The position numbers were made by a program, and so were the translations under genes. The notes below the pieces were generated by a model. The model was not told the DNA's origin and searched no databases. It saw only the letters and a program-made list of their open reading frames with translations. From the human T2T-CHM13v2.0 reference genome, Homo sapiens, in the NCBI RefSeq assembly GCF_009914755.1, contig NC_060930.1: a stretch of 64,000 nt of DNA. One strand, given 5' to 3'. Below are positions 31,753-46,192 of this stretch, one piece after another. The stretch's first letter is position 1; every line of letters starts with the position of its first letter.

Positions 31753-34177
31753 CTTTGTGGTTTTATCTAGTTTTGGTCTTTGATGATGGTGATGTACAGA
31801 TGGGTTTTTGTTGTGGATGTCCTTTCTGTTTGTTAGTTTTCCTTCTAACACACAGGATCCTCAGCTGCAGGTCTGTTGGAGTTTGCTAGACGTCCACTCC
31901 AGACCCTGTTTGCCTGGGTACCAGCAGCGGTGGCTGCAGAACAGTGGATTTCCATGAACCGCGAATGCTGCTGTCTGATCGTTCCTCTGTAAGTTTTGTC
32001 TCAGAGGAGTACCCGGCCGTGTGAGGTGTCAGTCTGCCCCTACTGGGGAGTGCTTCCCAGGTAGGCTGCTCGGGGGTCAGGGACCCACTTGAGGAGGCAG
32101 TCTGCCCGTTCTCAAATCTCCAGTTGCGTGCTGGGAGAACCACTGCTCTCTTCAAAGCTGTCAGACAGAGACATTTAAGTCTTTAGAGGTTACTGCTGTC
32201 TTTTTGTTTGTCTGTGCCCTGCCCCCAGAGGTGGAGCCTACAGAGGCAGGCAGGCCTCCTTGAGCTGTGGTGGGCTCCACCCAGTTTGAGTTTCCCAGCT
32301 GCTTTGTTTACCTAAGCAAGACTGGGCAATTGTGGGTGCCCCTCCCCCAGCCTCGCTGCTGCCTTGCAGTTTGATCTCAGACTGCTGTGCTAGCAATCAG
32401 TGAGACTCCGTGGGCGTAGGACCCTCCAAGTCAGGTGCGGGATATAATCTGGTGCGCAATTTTTTAAGCCTGTCGGAAAAGCGCAGTATGGGGGTGGGAG
32501 TGACCCGATTTTCCAGGTGCCATCTGTCACCCCTTTCTTTGACTAAGAAAGGGAACTCCCTGACCCCTTGGGCTTCCCGAGTGAGGCAATGCCTCTCCAT
32601 GCTTCGGCTTGCGCACTGTGTGCAGCACCCATTGTCCTGCGCCCACTGTCTGGCAATCCCTAGTGAGATGAACCCTGTACCTCAGATGGAAATGCAGAAA
32701 TTACTGGTCTTCTGCATCGCTCACGCTGGGAGCTCTAGACCAGAGCTGTTCCTGTTCGGCCATCTTGGCTCCAGCCCTCCCGGCCGAGATTTTTTATCCA
32801 GAAGAGATGCTGATATTTATTGAATGCTTGCTTATGCTGCCTCTATTGAACTTATCATATGGTTTTTGTCTTTAATTCTGTTTACATGATGAATCACATC
32901 TATTGATTTGTGTATGTTGAATCATCCTTGCACTCCTGGAATAAAACACACTTGATCATGTTGTATTATCTTTTTCATGCGCTGTTGAATTTACTAGTAT
33001 TTTCTTGAGTATTTACACATCAGGGATATTGGTGTAAAGTTTTATTATTTTATTTGTTGTGTTCCTGTCTAGCTTACAGGAAGCCTGTATCAAGGTTACA
33101 CTGGCTTCACAGACTGAATTAGGGAGAAATTTCTATTCCTTAATTTTTCAGAAAAGTTTTGGGAGGATTTGTATCATTTCTTTTTTGTACGTCATGTGAA
33201 TCCATCTAGTCTTGTGCTTTTCTTGTTGTTGTAAGGTGTTTCATTACTGATTCAATCTCATACTTTATCATTGATCTGTTTGGAATTTTTATTTCTTCCT
33301 TTTTCAATCTTGAGAGATTGTATGTTTCTAGGAATTTATCAATTTTCTGTCAGTTTTCTAATTTGTGGGTATATAGTTCTTCCTAGTAGTCTCTGATCTT
33401 TTATATTTCTTTGCGATTATTTGCAATGTCTTCTTTTCATTTATGATTAGGATTACTTGGATCTTTTATCTTCTTATTCTTTTTAACAGTCTATCAATTT
33501 TATTTATCTTTTCAAATAAGCAAGTTTTTGTTACATTGATATTTTGTATATTTTGGGGTCTCAATTTTATTTGTTTATACTCTGATCTTCATTGTTTCTT
33601 TTCTTCTGCTAGCTTTGCATATGGTTTGTTCTTGTTTTTCTAGTTCCTTGATGTGAGATAATAAGTTGTTTATTTGTGATCTTTCTATTTTTTGATGTAG
33701 CTATTTAATACCATAAACTCTAATTTTAGCACTGATTTTACTGTTTCCCGGAGGTTTCGGTATTTCCAATTTCACTTATTTCAAAAAATTTCTTTTAAAA
33801 GAAATTGATTCCATCATTGACCCCAAAATTGTTGAGGAGTATGTTGTTTAGTTATTGCATATTTGCATAGTTTTAAGAGGTTCTCTTGGAGTTGATTTCT
33901 AGTTTTATTCTGTTGTGATGCAAGAAGAAACTTGGTATGATTTTAATTTTTAAAAATTTATTGAGTCTTGTTTTGTGGCCTAACAAATGTTTTAGATTAG
34001 AGAATGTTCTAATTCCTCTAATGAGAGGAATATATATTCTGTGGTTATTGAGTAAAGTGTTCTGTAAATGTCTGTTAGGTATTTGATCTAAAGTCCAATT
34101 TATGTACAGTGTTTTTTGTTGATTTCTGTCTCAATAATCTATCTAGTGCTGTCAGGAAGGTGTTGGAGTCCTCCACC

Positions 34178-34612
34178 TTTTTTTTTTTTTTTTTTTTCAA
34201 TATCTGTTCTAAGCTGTTTGGTTTATTTTGGAAGATGGGAATTGGCCATTTTTATTTTCCAGTGTCTGTTTAGAAGCTGGGTCACAAGAGGTTAACTTGT
34301 TCAAAAAATGAAAAACAAGTTGCCTTTTCCAGAAAAAAAAATGTGACTTTCAGTGAGAATAAAGCAATGTTCCAGTAATACTGAGTAGTTATTTAGCAAT
34401 TTTTTAGTGATAAATCTTTTATCAGGAATGTAATTTGGTGGTTCTCCAATTTAAATATACTTTTGAAATATCAGTATAAGTTAAAAATTGATTTTATAAG
34501 AATATGGAATTATTTAACTAAAAATTATAAAATGATTGAAGCACAAATTATTTTAATAGAGATATGTGTACAATTTTCAATGACTAATTTCATAAAGTAT
34601 GTTAATTTCTTA
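34178..34612 (-). other. L1 3' transduction (unique sequence with its own AATAAA and poly(A))
   Basis: Poly(T) 34178-34197; tttatt at 34222-34227; lies inside the TSD of the adjacent L1. Confidence 0.85.
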
Positions 34613-37600
34613 AATTTTTTTAAATTCATTTTTTAAAATGTACTTTAAGTTCTGGGATACATGTGCAGAACATGCAGATTTCTTACATAGGTATACATGT
34701 GCCATGGTGGTTTGCTGCACCCATCAACCCATCATCTACATTAGGTATTTCTCCTAATGCTATACCTCCCCTAGCCCACCACCCCATGACATTGTCTGGT
34801 ATGTGATGTTTCCCTCCCTGTGTCCATGTGTTCTCATTGTTTAACTCTCACTTATGAGTAAGAACATGTGGTGTTTGGTTTTCTGTTACTGCATTAGTTT
34901 GCTGAGAATTATGGTTTCCAGCTTCATCCATGTTCCTGTAAAGTACATGAACTCATCCGTTTTATGGCTGCATTGTATTCCATGGTGTATATGTGCCACA
35001 TTTTCTTTATCCACTCTATCATTGATGGGCATTTGGGTTGGTTCCAAGTCTTTGCTATTGTGAACAGTGTTGCCATAAACATATGTGTGCATGAGTCTTT
35101 ATAGTACAATGATTTATAATCCTTTGGGTATATACCCAGTAATGGGATTGCTGGGTCAAATGGTATTTCTGGTTCTAGATCCTTGAGAAATCACCACAGT
35201 GTCTTCCACAATGGTTGAACTAATTTACACTCCCACCAACAGTGTAAAATGTTACTATTTCTCCACAGCCTCTCCAGCATCAGTTGTTTCCTGACATTTA
35301 ATGATCACCATTCTAACTGGCATGAGATGGTATCTCACTGTGGTTTTTGATTTCCGTTTTTCTAATGACCAGTGATGAGCTTTTTTTCAAAAGTTTGTTG
35401 GTTGCATAAATGTCTTCCTTTGAGAAGTGTCTGTTCATATCATTTACTCACTTTTTGATGGGGTTGTTTAATTTTTCTTGTAAATTCGTTTAAGTCCCTT
35501 GTAGATTCTGGATATACTAGCCCTTTGTCAGATGGACAGATTGCAAAAATTTTCTCCCAATTTGTAGGCTGCCTGTTCATTCTGATGATAGTTTCTTTTG
35601 CTCTGCAGAAGCTCTTTAGTTTAATTAGATCCAGTTTGTCAATTTTGGCTTTTGTTGCCATTGCTTTTGTTGTTTTTGTCATAAAGTCTTTGCCCATACC
35701 TATGTCCTGAATGGTATTGCCTAATTTTTCTTCTGGGTTTTTATGGTTTTAGGACTTACATTTAAGTCTTTAGTTCATCTTGAGTTAATTTTTGCATAAG
35801 GTCTAAAGAAGGGATCCAGTTTCAGTTTTCTGCATATGGCTAGCCAGTTTTCCCAACATCATTTATTAAATAGGGAATCCTTTCCCCATTGCTTGTTTTT
35901 GTCAGGTTTGTCAAAGATCAGATGGTTGCAGATGTGTGACATTATTTCTGAGGCCTCTGTTCTGTTCCATTTGTCTATATGTCTGTTTTGGTACCAGTAA
36001 CATGCTGTTTTAGTGACTGTAGCCTTGCAGTATAGTTTGAAGTCAGGTAGCATGATGCCTCCAGCTTTGTTCTTTTTGCTTAGGATTGTCTTGGCAATGC
36101 AGGCTCTTTTTTGGTTCCATATGAACTTTAGTTTCTTCCAATTCTGTGAAGAAAGTCATTTGTAGCTTCATGGGGATGGCATTGAATCTATAAATTACCT
36201 TGGGCAGTATGGCCATTTTCATGATATTCATTCTTCCTATCCATGAGCATGGAATGTTTTTCCATTTGATTGTGTAGTCTCTTATTTCCTTGACCAGTGG
36301 TTTGTAGTTCTTCTTGAAGAGGTCCTTCACATCCTTTGTAAGTTGTATTCCTCGGTGTTTTATTATCTTTGTTGCAGTTGTAAATGAGAGTTCACTCATG
36401 ATTTGGCTGTTTGTCTGTTATTGGTGTATAGGAATGTTTGTGATTTTTGCCCATTGATTTTGCATCCTGAGACTTTTCTGAAGTTGCTTGTCACCTTAAG
36501 GAGATTTTGGGCTGAGATGATGGAATTTTCTAAATATACAATCATGTCATCTGCAAAAAGTGACCATTTGACTTCCTCTCATTCTATTTGAATACACTTT
36601 ATTTCTTTCTCTTGCCTGGTTGACCTGGCCAGAAATTCCAATACTATGTTGAATGGGAGTGGTGAGAGAGGGTATCCTCGTCTTGTGCCGGTTTTCAAAG
36701 GGAATGCTTCCAGCTTTTGCCCATTCAGTATGAAATTGGCTGTAGGTTTGTCAAAAATATCTCTTATTATGTTGAGGTAGTTCCATCACTACCTAGCTTA
36801 TTGAGAGTTTTTAGCATGAAGGGGTGTTATATCTTATCGAAGGCCTTTTCTGTATCTACTGAGATAATCATGTGTTTTTTGTTACTGGTTCTGTTTATGT
36901 GATGGATTATGTTTATTGATTTGCATATGTTGAACCAGCCTTCCGTCCCAGGGATGAAGCCAGCTTGATCATGGTGGATAAGCTTTTTGATGTGCTGCTG
37001 GATTCGGTTTGCCAGTATTTTATTGAGGATTTTTGCTTCGATGTTCATCAGGGATATTGGCCAGAAATTTTCTTTTTTTGTTGTGTCCCTCACAAGTTTT
37101 GGTATCAGGATGATGCTGACCTCATAAAATGAGTTAGGGAGGAGTCCCTCTTTTTCTTTTGTTTCAAATAGTTTCAGAAGGAATGATACGAGCTCCTCTT
37201 TGTACCTGTGGTAGAATTCGGCTGTGAATCTGTCTGGTCCATGGTTTTTTTTTGGTTGTCAGACTATTAAATACTGTTTCAATTTCAGAACTTGTTATTG
37301 GTCTATTCAGAAATTCTACTTCTTCCTAGTTTAGCCTTGGGAGGGTGTATGTGTCCAGGAATTTATCCATTTCTTCTAGATTTTCTAGTTTATTTGCATA
37401 GAGGTGTTTATAGCAATCTCTGATGGTAGTTTTTATTTCTATGGGATTGGTGGTGATATCCTCTTTATCATTTTTTATTGTGTCTATTTGATTCTTCTCT
37501 TTTTTCTTCTTTATTATTCTGGCTAGCGATCTATGTATTTTGTTAATCTTTTCAAAAAACCAGTTCCTGGATTCATTGATTTTTTTGAAGTGTTTTTCGA

Positions 37601-40600
37601 GTCTCTATCTCCTTCACTTCTGCTCTGAGCTTAGTTATTTCTTGTCTTCTTCTAGTGTTTGAATTTGTTTGCTCTTGCTTCTCTAGTTCCTTTAATTGTG
37701 ATGTTAGGGTGTCAATTTTAGATATTTGCTGCTTTCTCCTGTGGGCATTTTGTGCTATAAGTTTCCCTCTAAATACTGCCTTAAATGTGTCCCAGAGATT
37801 CTGGTATGTTTGCCCTTATTCTCAATGCTTTCAAAGAACTTATTTATTTCTGCCTTAATTTCGTTATTTACCCAGTAGTCATTCAGGAGCAGGTTGTTCA
37901 GTTTGCAGGTGGTTTTGCTGTTTTGAGTGGGTTTCTTAATCCTGAGGTCTAATTTGATTGTACTGTGGTCTGAGAGACTGTTTGTTATGATTTTCGTTCT
38001 TTTGCATTTGCTGAGGAGTGTTTTACTTCTAATTATGTGGTCAATTTTAGAATAATTGTGATGTGGTGCTGAGAAGAATGTATATTCTCTTGATTTGGGG
38101 TGGAGAGTTCTGTAGATGTCTATTAGGTCTGCTTGGTCTAGAGCTGAGTTCAAGTTCTGAATATCCTTGTTAATTTTCAGTCATGTTGGTCTGTCTTATA
38201 TTGACAGTAGGGTGTTAAAATCTCCCACTATTATTGTGTGAGAGTCTAAGTCTCTTTGTAGGTCTCTAAGAACTTGCTTTATGAATCTGGGTGCTCCTGT
38301 ATTGGGTGCATTTATATTTAGGATAGTTAACTCTTCTGTTGCATTGATCCCTTTACCATTATGTAATGCCCCTTCTTTGTCTCTTTTGATCTTTGTTTGT
38401 TTAAAGTCTGTTTTGTCAGAGACTAGGATTGCAACCTCGGCTTTTTTTTTCTTCCCTTTTGCTTGGTAAATATTACTCCATCACTTTATTTTGAGTCTAT
38501 GTATGTCTTTGCACAGGAGATGGGTCTCCTGAATACAGCACACTGATGGGTCTTGACTATCCAGTTTGCCAGTCTGTGTCTTTTAATTGAGGCATTTACC
38601 TCTTTTACATTTAAGGTTAATATTGGTATTTGGGAATTTGATCCTGTCATTATGATGCTATCTGGTTACTGGTTATTTTACCTGTTAGTTGATGCAGTTT
38701 CCTTATAGTGTTGATGGTCTTTACAATTTGGTATGTTTTTGTAGTGGCTGGTACCATTTTTTTCCTTTCTATATTTACTGCTTCCTTCAGGAGCTTTTGT
38801 AAGGCAGGCCTGGTGGTTATAAAATCTCTCAGCATTTGCTTTCTGTAACGGATTTTATTTTCCCGTCACTTGTGAAGCTTAGTTTGGCTGGATATGAAAT
38901 TCTGGGCTGAAAATTCTTTTTGTTATGAATGTTGAATATTGGTCCCCACTCTCTTCCTGTAGGGTTTCTGCAGAAAGATCTGCTGTTAGTCTGATGAGCC
39001 TCCATTTGTGGATAACCTGACCTTTCCCTCTGGCTGTCCTTAATATTTTTTCCTTCATTTCAACCTTGGTGAATCTGGTGATTATGTGTCTTGGAGTTGC
39101 TCTTCTCGAGGATTGTCTTTGTAGTGTTTTCTGTGTTTCTTGAATTTCAATGTTGGCCTGTCTTGCTAGTCTAGGAAAGTTCTGGTGTATACTATTTTGA
39201 AGAGTGTTTTCCAACTTGATTCCATTCTCCCCGTCACTTTCTGGTACAACAATCAAATGTAGGTTTGCTCTTTTCACATAGTACCATATTTCTTTGGGGC
39301 TTTGTTCATTCCTTTACATTCTTTTTTCTCTAATCTTGTCTTCACGCTTTATTTTGTTAAGTTGATCTTCAGTCTGTGATATCCGTTCTTCTACTTGATC
39401 AATTCAGCTATTGATACTTGTGTATGCTTCACAAAGTTCTCATGCTGTGTTTTTCAGCTCCATCAGTTCATTTATGTTCTTCTCTAAAGTGGTTATTCTA
39501 GTTAGCGATTCTTCTAAACTTTATTCAAGGTTCTTAGCTTCCTTGCATTCGGTTAGAACATGCTTCTTTATCTCGGAGGAGTTTGTTGTTATCTACCTTC
39601 TGAAGGCTACTTTTTTCAGTTCGTCAAACTCATTCCCCATCCAGTTTTGTTCCCTTGCTGGCAAGAAGCTGTGATCCTTTGGAAGAGAAGAGGTGTTTTG
39701 GCTTTTGGAATTTTTATCCTTTTTGTGGTTTTTCCTCATCTTCGTGGATTTATCTTCCTTTGGTCTTTGATGTTGGTGACCTTTGGATGAGGTTTCTATG
39801 TGGATGTCCTTTTTGTTGATGTTGATGCTCCTCTTTTCTGTTTGTTAGTTTTCCTTCTAACAGGCCCCTCTGCTGCAGGTCTGCTGGAGTTTGCTGGAGG
39901 TCTGCTCCAGACCCTGTTTGCCTGGATATCACCAGCAGAGGCTGCAGAACAAGGATTGCTGCCTGTTCCTTCCTCTGGAAACTGTCCCTGAGGGGCACAC
40001 ACCAGATGCCAGCCAGAGCTCTTCTGTATGAGATGTCTGTCGATCTCATCAGGGAGCTGTCTCCCAGTTAGCAGGCACAGGGGTCAGGGACCCACTTGAG
40101 GATGCAGTCTGTCCCTTAGCAGAGCTTGAGCGCTGTGCTGGGAGATCCGCTGCTCTTTTCAGATCTGGTAGACAGGAACATTTAAGTCTGCTGAAGCTGC
40201 ACCCACAGCCCCCATTTCCCCAGGTCCTCTGTCCCAGGGAGATGGGAGTTTTATCTATAAGCCTCTGATTGGGGTTTCTGCCTTATTTTTGGGATGCCCT
40301 GACCAGACAGGAGGAATCCAGAGAGGCAGTCTGGCTACAGTGGCTTTGCTGAGCTGAGTTGGGTTTTGCCCAGTTTGAACTTTCCAGAGGCTTTGTTTAC
40401 ATTATGAGGGGAAAACCGCCTACTCAAGCCTCAGCAATGATGGATGCCCCTGTCCCCACCAAGCTCAAGTGTCCCAGGTCAACTTCAGACTGCTCTGCTG
40501 GCAGCGAGAATTTCAAGCCAGTGGATCTTAGCTTGCTGGGCTCTGACAGGTTGGGATCTCCTTAGCTAGACCATTTGGTTTCCTGGCTTCAGCCCCCTTT

Positions 40601-41075
40601 CCAGGGCAGTGAACAGTTCTGTCTTGCTCACGTTCCAGGTGCCACTGGGGTATGAAAAATAAATTCCTGCAGCTAGCTTGGTGTCTGTCCAGAGGGTCAC
40701 CAGGTTTTGTGCTTGAAACCCAGGGCCCTGGTGGTGTAAGCACCCGAGGGAATCTCCTGGTCTGTGGTTTGCAAAGACCAGGGGAAAAGCATAGTATCTG
40801 AGTTGGAATGCACCGTTTCCCTTGGTAAAGTCACTCATGGCTTCCCTTGGCTATGGGAGGGAGTTCCCCAACCACTTGTGCTTCCTAGGTGAGGCGATAC
40901 CATACCCTGCTTCGGCTCACCCTCCCTGGCTTGCACCTACTGTCTAACCAGTCCCAGTGAGATGAGCCCACTACCTCAGTTAGAAATGCAGAAGTCACCC
41001 GCCTTCTGCATTGATCTCACTGGGAACTGCAGACCAGAGCTGTTTCTATTTGGCCATCTTGCCAGCCACCCCTTC
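34613..41075 (-). mobile_element. Full-length L1PA7/8-type LINE-1, decayed
   Basis: 5' end ggggtggctggcaagatggcc; ORF1 ATG ~39739; ORF2 ATG 38650; 3'UTR to 34641; TSD tcctccac at 34169-34176 and 41076-41083. Confidence 0.95.
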
Positions 41076-42213
41076 TCCTCCACTATTATTGTATTGCTTT
41101 CTATCTCTCTCTTTTTTTTTAAAGTTCTGTTGATATTTGTTTTATAAATCTGGGTTCTTCAATGTTAGACACATATGTATTTAGGATTATTAGGTCTTAT
41201 TAAAATTTTCAAAATCAATTTTTAAAAAATTTATCTTTTTATTATTATATAAAGACCTTCTCTATCTTTTATGATTGTTGGTTTAAAGTCTGTTTGCTTT
41301 TCATTCCTGTTTGCATATAATATGTTTTTTCATTTCTTTACCTTTAGTCTATAAATGTCTGTATCAGTAAGATGAGTTTATTTTAAGCAATATGTAGTTG
41401 GTTCATGGTTTTTAAAATCTATTTTACTAATCTATATTTTTTAAGCAGATAATTTAATGTATTTACATTCAAGGTTAATTGAGACGTGAAATTTTATTCT
41501 GGTCATAATATTCATTGTTATCTTATTGCTTTGTAGATTGTTTTGTCTATAGTCTGTTTGTAATTTTGGTTTGGTAGAGTTCTGTCATGTTGTCATTTGA
41601 TTTCTCTCTTCCTCATTTGTGTAACTGTCTTATAAGTCTTTTGAGTTTTTCACTTTTATGTGTTTTAATGATGGCAAGTATTGACCTTTTGTTTCTGTGT
41701 TTTTAACTCTGAGCATTTCTTGTAGTGTTGGTTTAGTGGTGATGAATTGTCTTAGCATTTGCACTTCTGGAAAGCTTTATTTATGAAGCTTATTCCAACA
41801 GAATATAAAATTCATGGTTGACAGTTTTTTTTCTTCAAACGCTGTTAAAATAGAATCCCAATATATAATGGCATGTAACAGTGGACTGAGAAGTCTGCTG
41901 TTAGTCTGATGGCATTTCTTTTATAGGTGACTAGACACTCTTCTCTTGCTGATTTCAGGATATTTTTTTCTCCAGGTTGACTTTAGATAGTCTGTTGACT
42001 ACATGTCTTGGCAAAATTCATCTTACAATGTATTTTTCTGGTGTTCACTTCACCTCTTGTATCTGAATGTTTAAATCTCTTGCAATACTAGGGAAGTCTT
42101 GATTATTTTCTTAAATAGGTTTTCAAATCATTTGGTCTTTTTTTGTCCCCTGGCAAGAAGAATGATTCATAAAGTTGAACAATTTGTCCCATACTTCTGA
42201 AAAGCTTCACTAA

Positions 42214-42507
42214 TTTTTTTTTTTTTTTTTTTTGAGACAGGTCTTGCTTTGCTGTCCAACCTGGAGTGCAGTAGTACCATCATAGCTCACTGCAGCCTCA
42301 AACTTCTGGGCTCAAGCAATCTTCTTGCCTTAGCCTCTCAAGCAGCTGGGACCACAGGCACATGCCACTCCACTATGCCTAGCTAATTTTTTAAACTTTT
42401 AATTTTTTTGCAGAGATTGGGTCTCATTATATTTCTTAAGCTGCTCCCAAACTCTTGGACTCAAGTGATCCGCCCTGAAATTACAGGCATGAACAAATGT
42501 GCCAGGT
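42214..42507 (-). mobile_element. AluJ inside the host L1 ORF1
   Basis: catcatagctcactgcagcctcaaacttctgggctcaagc. Confidence 0.9.
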
Positions 42508-42910
42508 ATGTTTATTCTTTTTAAATATTTTTCTTTATTTTTGTTTAACCAAATTAATGAAAAAGACCTATATTCAAGTTCTGAGATTCCATCTTCTGCT
42601 CGGTCTGTTGTTGAAAATTTCAACTGTATTTTTAAGTTCCTTCAAAACATTTTTTTATTTCTTTTTTTTAAATTAAGATATATGTATCTACTTGGTCAAC
42701 TTCTTGTTTATATCCCAAATTGATTTTCTGATTTCTTTGTGTTAGTTTTCAGGTTTCTTTTGAAACTCCATTAGCTTCTTTAAAATCAATAGTTTGAATT
42801 CTGTTTCTGGAATGTCAAAATTTTTATTTTGGTTAGGATCCAATGTTAGAAAGTTAGTGCAATCTTTTGAGGGTGCTGTAACACCCTGCTTTTTCATACT
42901 TTCATAATTG

Positions 42911-44770
42911 TTGTCTGGGAAATATTTTATTTCTCCCTCATTTCTGAAAGATAGCTTGGCTGTGTATAATATTCATGGATCACAATTTTCTTCTTTCAAT
43001 ATTTTGAATATAACTTCATTTTCTCCCCTCCTGTGAGGTTTCTGCTGCAAAAGCTGTATTTATTTTATGGGAATTCCCTTATTGTAACTTGGGGCTATTA
43101 TCTTGTTGTTTTTAGAATTCACTCTTTGTCTTTCACTTATGACATTTTGACTATAAAATGCCTTGGAGAAGACTTTTAGGGTTGAATTTATTTGGGGACT
43201 TTTAATCTCCCAAGATTTGGATGTCTATATCTTTCCCTACACTTGGTAAGTTTTCAGCTATTATTTCAGCGAAATATTTTTTTCAAACTTTTTCCATTTC
43301 TTCTTTTGGAATTTTCATGATACAATTTGCAGGCTTATGGTGTCCGGTAAGTTTTGTAAACTTTCTTTACTCTTTTTTATTCTTATATCTTTTTTCAAAC
43401 TGGTTAATTTCAAATGCCTATCTTCAAGTTTAGTGATTCTTTCTTCTGCTCAATCAAGTCTCCTGTTGCAGCTCTCTATTGTATTTTTTATTTAATTATT
43501 GAGTGCTTCAGCTGCAACATTTCTTCTTTTTGTTGAATTTCCTGTTCATATATTAATTTATTTTTCTTATTTTGTTGATTTATCTATCTATATTTTTATT
43601 TCTAATTGAGTTTCCTTTTCATTATTTTGAATTCCTTTTCCAGCAATTTGTTGATTTCCCTTTCATTCATGTCAGTTACTAGAGTTATTAATGTCTTTTG
43701 GTGATGTCATATTTCCTTGCTTTTTCATATTTTTTTTTGTGTCCCTGCATTGATGTCTGTGTATCTGGTGGAACAATCACCTCTTTCAACATGTGAGTGG
43801 ATTTCATAGAAAAAGATTTTTGCCTGCAGTGGGATCTTAGTGTGCTAGTTAGAAAGGGTATGGTTATTCTGTTTCTGCATAGCTGCAGTGATATAGTCTC
43901 CATGCAGTTTCTTCAGCTGTTTTCATTATCATCAATAACTGGAGGTCCTCAGTGTCCTAGGCTCTGGAAGTTTGTAGTAGTCATGGTGGCAGTGTAGGCT
44001 ATTAATATTCTCTGTCATGAAAGCTCCTGAGATCCTTCTATTCTCACTTTCCTCACAATGGAGAGACTTAATTGAAGAGATCCCTTTTCTCATTATGTCT
44101 TACAGTTTCCAAACAGCAGGATTCCAGCAGATACAGGTGCTTGGACAATGTGGGGCTGACGATGCTAGGTTCAGAGTCTGACAAACCTATTGTGGCACTT
44201 AGGCCTTGGAATGCAGGTTCACCCTCTGTTGCAGGGTTGGTTGGTTGCTCACAGCAACAGAATCTGTGGCTCTGAGACACCCCCTGGCAGCTTGGGTCCA
44301 GGGGGTTCAGTTGTACTGTGATTCCACCCCCGATGGGGAGGGTACAGCCCTGGCCTGACTCCAGGGAGGAAGGGATACTCTGAAGGTTCAATCCCAGGGT
44401 GCAGGGTATAACTATAATTTGGAAACCTGAGCCACTAAGGCTCAGTGGCAACTTGGGTCCTTGGGGATGAGGTACCATGTAGAACCTAGACTCTAGACCC
44501 CAGGATGGTGGGTTTTAGCAATAATGCAGACTCTGTGAGGCCAGGTACAGCAGCAGCAGCAGCAGAAGCAGCAAGAATCCCAGAATGACTGAGCATGGCT
44601 GTTGTTTGGGCCCTTGGAGGAATGGAGCAGCACAGTGATGACTCAGCTCCCTGGGGAGAGGGGTCTTTTGGTATGTCAGACTCTGGGAGGCTAGTCCAGT
44701 TCTAGGGAAGAATGGTACTAGAGTTGTTTGTCCTGTACGGTGGGGTGTTTCAGCTCAGCTACTGCTCTTT
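42911..44770 (-). mobile_element. L1M(A)-type ORF1 and 5'UTR remnant
   Basis: ttgtctgggaaatattttatttctccctcatttctgaaagatagc (ORF1 C-terminal region) through a GC-richer 5'UTR-like segment. Confidence 0.72.
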
Positions 44771-45977
44771 TATATCTTAGCACATTTACCATTGTATAGA
44801 AAAAAACACTGATTTATCTGAGCTTCCACTTATTTCCTTTAAGAGATCCAAGTTATCCTCCTAATCCTGAGTGTATTTTCTTCTTAAGACTTTCTCAATG
44901 TTTCACATCTAGGATCAGAGTTGATTGTAGATTTCCTATGACCGTGGCTATTATCACTGATTCCAGTTTGCTCAAATATTAACCTATATAATTCTTACCA
45001 ATTCTGAGCTGTCCTTAAAGATGAGGAAGGATTTATTTTGAACCAGAATATGTTATTATTTATTAAGCTTCTCAAATATACTTGGATATTTCAATTTTTG
45101 TAAGCTTTTCCTTGAATAACTCAATTTGTGGACAGATGGATAACTCAGCAGGAAACTCATAACACTTTTTCTGGCCAACTATGAACCAGTGGTCCAAGAT
45201 AAGGCCCAGGTAACTTGACTTTCTCCTAACTCATGGAAACTTACCAGTTACCCTCTTCCTTGAGAAATTGGGAAACACCATTTATCTTCTCTTTTTGTGT
45301 GTATTAACCTTGGTATCCTATAGCTGATTCTCAGTCTCAAAGTCTTTATTCTTCCTCTCAGGAGACCTGACATATTCCAGTATAAATAGTAGGCCTAGAT
45401 GCTTGCAATAATGTCCTGGTGGTCCCAAATTGTCACCCCTATTAGATTACCCATCACTGTCTAAGCTAACTTTCTTCCACTTGCCAAATGACCTCTCACT
45501 CTATAAAGATGACAAGTCACTTAAGGATTAGAAAATATCTAACAGAGAGTATTTTTGCCACTTTCACTGGGGAGTAGAACAGTTAAGAAAAATACTGTGT
45601 GAACATTTATTCCAAAGTTCCATTATGATAGGGCATTTATTCTTTAAACTTTTCTTTTAATTCTTTTTATTAAAGATTTCTTTTAGGAGCAAAATAGATT
45701 CTATCAGGTTTTGCTGATTACTGAAAAGTTAATTTTTTAATCCAGTGGCCACATTAAAAAAACCCAGCCCACATTATTTCTCATCAATTGATAAGTACTG
45801 TGGTAATGCAAATTATGGACAAAAAGTAAACAAGTAGTAATAGAAATCTGTTATCCTAGTAAAATTATAAGATGTATTTTACTATCAAACAGAAGTTCTT
45901 TGTATGTGATTCCCTGTATCTGTTTATTAGATTATTTAGACTAATCTACACCAAATAAAATGAATGATAAATTTCTT

Positions 45978-46192
45978 TTTTTTATTTTATTATTATTATA
46001 CTTTAAGTTTTAGGGTACATGTGCACAATGTGCAGGTTAGTTACATATGTATACATGTGCCATGCTGGTGTGCTGCACCCATAAACTCGTCATTTAGCAT
46101 TAGGTATATCTCCTAATGCTATCCTTCCCCCCTCCCCCCACCCCACAACAGTCCCCAGAGTGTGATGTTCCCCTTCCTGTGTCCATGTGTTC
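45978..46192 (-). mobile_element. L1PA3-type 3' fragment (~215 bp)
   Basis: 3'UTR sequence; 21-bp TSD aaaatga(atg/gca)ataaatttctt at 45957-45977 and 46193-46213. Confidence 0.93.

Noticed and set aside
44068-44478. 136-aa minus-strand ORF
   Set aside because: Falls in the GC-richer 5'UTR of an old L1, where stops are rarer.
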